From Treponema sp. (lineage in GTDB: Bacteria; Spirochaetota; Spirochaetia; Treponematales; Breznakiellaceae): DNA of 30,019 nucleotides. The notes under the pieces were generated by a model, which worked only from the letters and a program-made list of their open reading frames with translations, was not told where the DNA came from and ran no database searches. Position 1 is the first letter of the stretch. The number at the start of each line of letters is the position of its first letter. Positions 24,109 to 30,019 of the stretch are shown here, in pieces. Both the position numbers and the translations under genes were made by a program. Location: positions 1-30,019 of the forward strand of contig JAITES010000058.1 of NCBI GenBank assembly GCA_031281925.1. Reading direction: 5' to 3'.

Positions 24109-24731
24109 ACAATACCTATCATTCTCATCCATTCTGGGGGAACAGAAGTCCCCTCTCTTCTTTGGCCGGTTTAGCCCTTATCCTCATCTGTTCAAGCCGT
24201 TTGGCCTATGCCCTTACCGTAAGCGTCGGTCTCCTCTGGCTCTACCTTCTTACCGGCCTTTCCCTGTGGTTTGCCCGGCGCATCCTGCCTGAAAGGGGCA
24301 GATCCCTGGTTATTCTGGCTGTTTCCTGCTTCATTGGGGCTCTGTACCTCTGGGTTCACCTGCTGATCAATCCCTTTCTGGGAATGGAATGTTTCTTCCC
24401 CATCCTTCTGGGGCCTCTGATATACACAGGTTCCGGTACGGCGGAAAGAATACAGACCATGGATCTCAGTGAGGGACTGGCCGCAAGTTTCTTCGATGCT
24501 CTGGTTTACTGCGGCCTCTCCATTGCCTTGGCCCTTATCCGGGAACCTCTGGGCTTCCTTTCCCTTTCCTTTCCCGGCGGCAGCAGGGGAATGATCTTCT
24601 TTTTTGCAGGCAAAACTTCTCTTCTCTATCCGGTTTCCCTCAGTTCCGGAGCCTTTCTCCTCCTTGGTTATGGGATCGTCATCTACAATTTTTTAAGAGG
24701 CCGGGACAATTCCGGGGAGGAAGATGAATGA
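24105..24731 (+). CDS. rnfE: RnfE-like membrane subunit with altered Cys motifs
   Basis: Six hydrophobic segments. LIREPLG...L and SGAFLLLGY correspond to RnfE IRE.LG.G.L and PGAF..LG. Operon position fits. Confidence 0.72.
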   Translation: MNNTYHSHPFWGNRSPLSSLAGLALILICSSRLAYALTVSVGLLWLYLLTGLSLWFARRILPERGRSLVILAVSCFIGALYLWVHLLINPFLGMECFFPILLGPLIYTGSGTAERIQTMDLSEGLAASFFDALVYCGLSIALALIREPLGFLSLSFPGGSRGMIFFFAGKTSLLYPVSLSSGAFLLLGYGIVIYNFLRGRDNSGEEDE

Positions 24732-25342
24732 TAAAATTCCTTATTCTAATCATTTTTTCAAGCTGTTCGGCAAACCTGGTTTTCCAGTACGGTCTGGGGC
24801 TAAAGGGAGTAAGCCGCCGGCCGGGAGGGGAGGGAAAGAGCTTCCCCTGGTATAGCGTGCTTTTTCTCTTTATCAGCGTAATCTTCCTCTGGCTCTTCTA
24901 TACCCTGATCCTTTCCCTGTTTTCTCTGGGTATCTTTGCCTATATTCTCCTCTTCCCGCTGAGCGCCGTCATGCCCCGCGCCGTGGAGAAGGTTCTTGGC
25001 CGGCTTTTTCATCTTCCTCCGCAGGAAGAACGGGCTTACAGTCCCCTGGACGCGTATGAAGGGCTCTGCCCCGCGGCAAGCCTTCTTACCCTTCACCTGG
25101 CATCTTCTTTTGCAGAGGCTCTCTCTCTTGCTCTGGGTTTTTCCCTTGGCATCCTGTTCTCTCTGGTACTAATCCGGGAAGTCGCCCGCCGTTCATCCAT
25201 GGAACAGGTAAACCGTTTCTTCAGGGGAAATGCCCTTACCCTGGTATCGCTGGGCCTTGCCTCCCTCATTTTAAGCGCCGCCTCCGCTATTTTGATCGGC
25301 GCGCTGAGCGGTTCCATGCTCCCCGCCTTTTTTTCGCCATGA
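24728..25342 (+). CDS. rnfA: RnfA-like membrane subunit with altered Cys motifs
   Basis: ANLVFQYGLGL corresponds to NN.V....LGLC. GFSLG....LVLIRE...R and FRGNALTLVSLGLASL correspond to GF.LA......IRER and F.G..IALI.AGLMS. ATGA overlap with rnfE. Confidence 0.72.
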   Translation: MIKFLILIIFSSCSANLVFQYGLGLKGVSRRPGGEGKSFPWYSVLFLFISVIFLWLFYTLILSLFSLGIFAYILLFPLSAVMPRAVEKVLGRLFHLPPQEERAYSPLDAYEGLCPAASLLTLHLASSFAEALSLALGFSLGILFSLVLIREVARRSSMEQVNRFFRGNALTLVSLGLASLILSAASAILIGALSGSMLPAFFSP

Positions 25343-25387
25343 TTAGAGGAAGATTATTCCTTATTTTCCATTCTGCCAACAAATAGC

Positions 25388-25416
25388 TTTTCAGAATGCA
25401 GGTTATAAGGTAAAAT
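25388..25416 (+). promoter_or_regulatory. Candidate promoter for the GH57-metG-fem operon
   Basis: TTTTCA (25388-25393), 17-nt spacer, TAAAAT (25411-25416). ATG 25425 follows 8 nt later with no Shine-Dalgarno. Confidence 0.5.
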
Positions 25417-25424
25417 TATAGTAA

Positions 25425-27272
25425 ATGGATGGCAGGATAAAATTGATACTGGGTTCTCACAGGCATGTGGCATGGGGAGCCCCGGAAGAAGATTTCCAGG
25501 ATCTCTACGAAAAAGAACTCAAACCGATGTTGACTGCCCTCTGCAAATTTCCCCGGATCAACATGACGCTCCACTATTCCGGGGTTCTGCTCCAGTGGGT
25601 CACGAGAAACCGTCCTGAATTTTCCATGCTGATCAAGGATCTGCTCCGCCACAAGCAGGTAGAGCTTCTTGGCGGCGGCTTCTATGAACCTCTGCTGCCT
25701 CTGCTGCCCCTTACCGACAAAATCGGCCAGATTGAGATGCTTACGGCAAGTCTCCGCAGGCAGTTTGGGAAAAGACCCCTCGGCTGCTGGATTCCTGCCT
25801 TTGCCTGGGAGCAGAATCTGGCCGGCCCCTTAAATAATTCGGGGATGCTCTATACCTTCCTTGATGAGTCCCAGTTTACCGCAGCAAGGGGTGAGGCGGG
25901 CCCGGGGAAGACCGGTTATGTTCCCTGTTTTACAGAGGATCAGGGGAAGCTTATTACCGTTTTTCCCGTAGCAAGCCGTTTTCATGCTTCCTTTGGTACC
26001 GGCCTTATCTCTCCGGCCCTGGAGAAGATGCAGGATACCCTGAGCGGCGGCGGAAATGATACGGTAGTGAGCCTCTTTCCCGCCATGGTACCGGGAGACG
26101 GCGAATCCCCTGAGCTTTTCTATCACCGGATCTTTGAAGAATTCTCCCGGGCCGGGGATAATATCGAATACACCAGCCCGGCGAAGCAGCTGAAAACCGC
26201 CGCCTGCTATGAAAAACTCTACTTTCCCAGTTCCATCGCTTCGGAAAAGGGTGGAAATGCCTATCTCCCCCGGCAGGCTCTTCTCGATTATCCTGAAACC
26301 AACTCCATCTATACCAGGATGATGTTTACCCATGTATTGATCAGCCAGCTTCGCGGAGACAAGTCCCGCAAGCGTACCGCACGGGAAGAATTCTGGAAGG
26401 CCCAGGGCTGCGATGTATTCTACAACGGGAAAGACGGAGGCGGAATTTCCCGCAAAACTGTACGGCAGGCGGCCTACAGGGCCCTCCTTGAAGCGGAAAA
26501 GATCACCCGCGAAAAGGGCACTTTTGTCCCTTCTCTTTCCATATTCGATTTGGACATGGACGGCCGCGGGGAGTGCCTCTTCCAGGGGGAGAAGATCAAC
26601 TGCTATATCCACAGCAGGGGAGCCGCTATCTTTGAACTTGATTACCTCCCCAGGCCCTGGAACTATCTGGATACCTTTGACGCTCAGGAAAAGGGGAAAA
26701 AGGCTCTCTTCAAGGGCGCCGCCTTCAGGGATTTTATTGTCCCGGATTCGGCTTCACTTGAAAGTCTTGAGACAGGCCGGGTTCCCGGCGGAAGGGCCTT
26801 TGGAGACGAACTCTTTGAAATTGCCGAAATTGACCGTTCCCATGACCGAATCCGTTTTGTCAGGGGCAGGGAGGAAGGGCTCCCCTTTGGCGGACTCAAA
26901 ATTGAAAAGACCTTTCAGTTTAAAAAAGATACCATGCGGCTTCTCTATTCCATCAGGAACGAAGGGGAAAAAAAAGCCGAATTTCACTTTGTCCCGCGGC
27001 TGGATCTTTCCCTGGAAGGGGAGGGGAGCGCGTCGGGCCTTGCCCAGAACAGCAGCACTGATACTGTAGAGTTCAGGGAACAAAAAAACGAATCAAACCT
27101 TCTTATACGGGCCGGCAAGGTTTTCAATCTGAACTTTAAGGCCGTCTATTCTCCGGGAAAGGCCGGGGAATACCAGTACCATGCACTCTTTCCCCGTTTT
27201 CCTGTTTCTCTGGAAGCGGGGGCGGTTTGGGAACTTGAATTTACCCTTAAAATATCCAATAGTGGGAAATAA
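25425..27272 (+). CDS. GH57-family protein (4-alpha-glucanotransferase-like architecture), probably catalytically inactive
   Basis: LHYSG.LL.W, VELLGGGFYEPLL.LLP..D..GQI and FG..P.G.WIP..AW are the GH57 N-terminal core. C-terminal beta domain begins with DLDMDG. The nucleophile position holds Ala (WIPAFAW). Confidence 0.85.
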   Translation: MDGRIKLILGSHRHVAWGAPEEDFQDLYEKELKPMLTALCKFPRINMTLHYSGVLLQWVTRNRPEFSMLIKDLLRHKQVELLGGGFYEPLLPLLPLTDKIGQIEMLTASLRRQFGKRPLGCWIPAFAWEQNLAGPLNNSGMLYTFLDESQFTAARGEAGPGKTGYVPCFTEDQGKLITVFPVASRFHASFGTGLISPALEKMQDTLSGGGNDTVVSLFPAMVPGDGESPELFYHRIFEEFSRAGDNIEYTSPAKQLKTAACYEKLYFPSSIASEKGGNAYLPRQALLDYPETNSIYTRMMFTHVLISQLRGDKSRKRTAREEFWKAQGCDVFYNGKDGGGISRKTVRQAAYRALLEAEKITREKGTFVPSLSIFDLDMDGRGECLFQGEKINCYIHSRGAAIFELDYLPRPWNYLDTFDAQEKGKKALFKGAAFRDFIVPDSASLESLETGRVPGGRAFGDELFEIAEIDRSHDRIRFVRGREEGLPFGGLKIEKTFQFKKDTMRLLYSIRNEGEKKAEFHFVPRLDLSLEGEGSASGLAQNSSTDTVEFREQKNESNLLIRAGKVFNLNFKAVYSPGKAGEYQYHALFPRFPVSLEAGAVWELEFTLKISNSGK

Positions 27273-29677
27273 TGAAACGCAGACTAATAACTTCCGCTCT
27301 TCCCTACGTGAACAACGTGCCTCATCTGGGGAATCTTATTCAGGTGCTCTCCGCCGACTGTTTTGCCCGGTTCTGCCGGCTCCGCTCCTACGAAACGCTC
27401 TATATTTGCGGTACCGATGAATATGGAACCGCCACGGAAACCAGGGCCGCCGAAGAGGGGATAAGCCCCCGCGAACTCTGTGACCGCTATCATGCCATTC
27501 ATGCGGATATTTACCGCTGGTTCAATATCGCCTTTGACAAATTCGGCCGTACCTCAACTCCCATTCAGACCGAAGTGACCCAGGGAATCTTCAGGAAACT
27601 GGATGAAGCAGGTTACATACTGGAACATCAGCTTGAGCAGCTCCACTGCGGACACTGCGGCCGTTTTCTTGCGGACCGTTTTATCCGGGGTGTCTGCCCC
27701 TACTGCGGTTCTTCCGAAGCCAGAGGGGATCAGTGTGAGTCCTGCGGCAAGCTTCTCGATCCTACGGAACTTAAGGAGCCCAAATGCTCGGTGTGTGGTT
27801 CTACTCCGGCACTTAAATCAACCAAACATCTCTACATCGATCTGCCCAAGATCCGGCCCCTGCTGGAAGAGTGGATCAAGGAGGCTTCGGTAAAAGGCTT
27901 CTGGGCCAACAACGCTATCCGCATGACGGAGGCATGGATCAGGGACGGTCTCAAGGAAAGGGCAATTACCCGGGATCTCAGATGGGGCATCCCCGTGCCC
28001 AGGGCGGGTTTTGAGGACAAGGTATTCTATGTGTGGTTTGACGCGCCTATCGGTTACATTTCCATAACGGGAAACCTGGGGGACGAGATCACGGCGGACT
28101 GGCGCGGCTTTGTCGATTACTGGTGGAAGAGCCCGGACAATACGGAACTATATCAGTTCATCGGCAAGGATAACATCCCCTTTCACACGGTGATCTTCCC
28201 TTCAAGCCTCCTGGGTTCTTCTTCCAATCCCAAAAAACCCGATTGGACCATGCTCCACCACATGAGCAGTACCGAGTACCTCAACTACGAAGGAGGCAAG
28301 TTCTCCAAGTCGCGGGGCATCGGCATCTTTGGTACCGATGTGATGGAGACAGGGATTCCCGCGGATGTGTGGCGTTTCTACATCTTCTATAACCGGCCGG
28401 AAAAGGCCGATTCTCTCTTTACCTGGAAGGATTTTCAGGAGAAGGTCAACGGGGAACTCATCGGCAACCTGGGGAACCTCGTGAACCGTACCCTGTCCTT
28501 TGTCATCCGCTACTACGGCGGCCTCATCCCCGCGGAAGAGAGGACGGATCCCGCTGAAACTGAATATTCAATCGAACAGGAAACGAAGTCTCCTGCTTTC
28601 TGGGAGAAGATCCGTAAATACGAGGGGGACATTGCCGCCCTGCTGGAAAAGGCTGAATTGAGGGACGCCTTCAAGATGATTTTTGAACTTTCAAGTTTTG
28701 CCAATAAAAGCTTCCAGGATGGCGAACCCTGGCGGAGGCGCAAGGGTGAGGCAGGAGATCCGGAAGGGCCTGAAGCTGCCGCGGCGTTGATTCGCTCCCT
28801 CTGCCATGTAGTGAGGGATATTGCCGTGATGATAGAGCCCTACATGCCCGCTGCAGCGGAAAGGATAGCCGGTTTTTTCGGACTCTCCTTTGGCAGGGAT
28901 CTTGACATCGGCAAGAATCCTGAATGCCTCTCCTGGAAGGATCTGGGTACGGAACGCGGCCTTAAAGAGGTAGTTAAGTGCGAAGTTCTCTTTTCCAAAC
29001 TTGAGGAAGAAAACATAGAAGCCCTGCGGATCCGGTATTCGGGGAGTCAGCAGGAAAGAGAGGCCGAACCGAAAGAAGCTGAGGCGCCGGAACCGGGTGC
29101 CGCTAACCTTAAAAATTCAAATTCATCAAATCCAATCGAACAGAAGGCGAAGCTTCCTGAATTTTCCAATACCCTGGATCTCCGGGTTGCAAAGATCGTC
29201 AAGATTGAAAGGCACCCCAAGGCGGACAAACTCTACATTGAGACACTGGAAATTGGAAAAGCCGACGGAACCATCGAAGAAAGGATCATTGTTTCCGGCC
29301 TTGTGCCTTTCTATAAAGAAGAAGAACTTCTGGGAAAGCATATCATCGTGGCCTACAACCTCAAGGCCGCAAAACTGCGGGGCGTGGAGAGTAGGGGCAT
29401 GCTTCTGGCGGCCTCCGACATGAATGGCGCTCCCGGTGAAGACGGAAAGCCCACGGAAAGATGCGAAGTCCTGGATGCGTCGGGGATCCCAACCGGAACG
29501 CGAGTTATACCGGAAGGCATGGAGAGCGGTAATCCGCCTGATGAAATTGACATTGATACCTTCTTCTCCATCCCCATGCTGGTAAAAGACAACACCGTTA
29601 CTGTGGGCGGTAAGGCCCTCTGTCTTGACGGGAAGCCTGTAAAGACGGCGATCATCGGCGAAGGTGAAGTGCATTAA
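27272..29677 (+). CDS. metG: Methionyl-tRNA synthetase with C-terminal tRNA-binding domain
   Basis: TSALPYVNNVPHLGN (HIGH), zinc knuckles CGHC, CPYC, CESC and CSVC, YVWFDAPIGY, GKDNIPFH, KFSKS, and C-terminal HPKADKLY...SRGMLLAA. TAATG overlap with the GH57 stop. Confidence 0.98.
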   Translation: MKRRLITSALPYVNNVPHLGNLIQVLSADCFARFCRLRSYETLYICGTDEYGTATETRAAEEGISPRELCDRYHAIHADIYRWFNIAFDKFGRTSTPIQTEVTQGIFRKLDEAGYILEHQLEQLHCGHCGRFLADRFIRGVCPYCGSSEARGDQCESCGKLLDPTELKEPKCSVCGSTPALKSTKHLYIDLPKIRPLLEEWIKEASVKGFWANNAIRMTEAWIRDGLKERAITRDLRWGIPVPRAGFEDKVFYVWFDAPIGYISITGNLGDEITADWRGFVDYWWKSPDNTELYQFIGKDNIPFHTVIFPSSLLGSSSNPKKPDWTMLHHMSSTEYLNYEGGKFSKSRGIGIFGTDVMETGIPADVWRFYIFYNRPEKADSLFTWKDFQEKVNGELIGNLGNLVNRTLSFVIRYYGGLIPAEERTDPAETEYSIEQETKSPAFWEKIRKYEGDIAALLEKAELRDAFKMIFELSSFANKSFQDGEPWRRRKGEAGDPEGPEAAAALIRSLCHVVRDIAVMIEPYMPAAAERIAGFFGLSFGRDLDIGKNPECLSWKDLGTERGLKEVVKCEVLFSKLEEENIEALRIRYSGSQQEREAEPKEAEAPEPGAANLKNSNSSNPIEQKAKLPEFSNTLDLRVAKIVKIERHPKADKLYIETLEIGKADGTIEERIIVSGLVPFYKEEELLGKHIIVAYNLKAAKLRGVESRGMLLAASDMNGAPGEDGKPTERCEVLDASGIPTGTRVIPEGMESGNPPDEIDIDTFFSIPMLVKDNTVTVGGKALCLDGKPVKTAIIGEGEVH

Positions 29678-29684
29678 CCGTGAA

Positions 29685-30019
29685 ATGAAGCTTGCCGGCA
29701 TAGAAAGCGCCGATCTTTCGGTCTGCAACAGCGCGGCAACGTTTCTGCAGTCCGCCTTCTGGGGGAGTTTCAAGGCCCGCTTCGGCTGGAGCGCCGGAGC
29801 CTTCAAGGTACACTGGGAAAACCTGGAAGCCGAACCCATGCTTCTCATCAGCCGCAGAATCTGCAGGGGCCTTTCCTTTGCCTATGTACCCTGGTATGGC
29901 TGCGGCCTCTCTTCCGGCCCCCTTGCGGAACTTGCCGCGGCCCTGCGCAGGCGGCTGCCCCGTGACACCGCCTTTATCCGTTTTGATCCTCCCTGGTATA
30001 CCGAAGCCGATGAAGAGCC
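29685..30019 (+). CDS. FemAB/FemX-family peptidoglycan-bridge aminoacyltransferase, 5' part, truncated by the window end
   Basis: Absent from the ORF track. Translated by hand from ATG 29685, 7 nt after the metG stop: MKLAGIESADLSVCNSAATFLQSAFWGSFKARFGW...AYVPW...AFIRFDPPW. FLQS..WG.FK..FGW and FIRFDP are FemAB/FemX signatures. Confidence 0.8.
   Translation, partial: MKLAGIESADLSVCNSAATFLQSAFWGSFKARFGWSAGAFKVHWENLEAEPMLLISRRICRGLSFAYVPWYGCGLSSGPLAELAAALRRRLPRDTAFIRFDPPWYTEADEE

Noticed and set aside
25061-25072. GLCP in the RnfA-like protein as evidence of a circular permutation
   Set aside because: The remaining RnfA motifs are in normal order; a four-residue match is more simply a retained or shifted second cysteine site.
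21246-25342. Reading the degenerate Rnf genes as decaying pseudogenes
   Set aside because: No frameshifts or internal stops, start/stop overlaps are preserved, and structural motifs and Fe-S cysteines are retained, which argues for continuing selection.
21246-25342. Calling the cluster Na+-NQR
   Set aside because: The first subunit carries two C-terminal [4Fe-4S] motifs as in RnfC, and there is no NqrF-like FAD/2Fe-2S subunit.
25343-25380. AGGAA-GATTA-TTCCT mini-hairpin as terminator of the Rnf-like operon
   Set aside because: Only a 5-bp, AT-rich stem; too weak to call.
29126-29848. 240-aa minus-strand ORF
   Set aside because: Antisense to the metG 3' end and the Fem-family gene, both of which have clear family motifs.

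Overview
Ordinary chromosomal window, most likely from a spirochaete of the free-living or termite-gut Treponema type. This is inferred from gene content and spirochaete-style signal peptides, not from a marker gene. Left to right: (1) a coiled-coil PD-(D/E)XK nuclease-like gene with a structured repeat at its 3' end; (2) three Wzi-like predicted outer-membrane beta-barrels; (3) a sugar-sensing and uptake locus (membrane-anchored binding protein, YesM/LytS-type kinase, receiver-AraC regulator, XylF-like lipoprotein, ChvE-GguA-GguB ABC transporter); (4) a stand-alone bacteriohemerythrin; (5) udg-priA on the minus strand; (6) a tightly coupled seven-gene operon encoding a divergent PAP2 protein, an unknown polytopic membrane protein and RnfC-D-G-E-A-like subunits with no rnfB; (7) a GH57 protein lacking its catalytic nucleophile, metG and a truncated FemAB/FemX-family gene. 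The strongest lead is the Rnf-like operon. All reading frames are intact and translationally coupled, yet by eye most electron-relay cofactor motifs are lost or altered (NADH/FMN site of RnfC, FMN-threonine motifs of RnfD and RnfG, most RnfA/RnfE cysteines), while the two [4Fe-4S] motifs of RnfC and the RnfD TDP motif are kept. No rRNA, tRNA, CRISPR array or recognisable transposase was seen. All family assignments are motif recognition by eye; no database searches were run.
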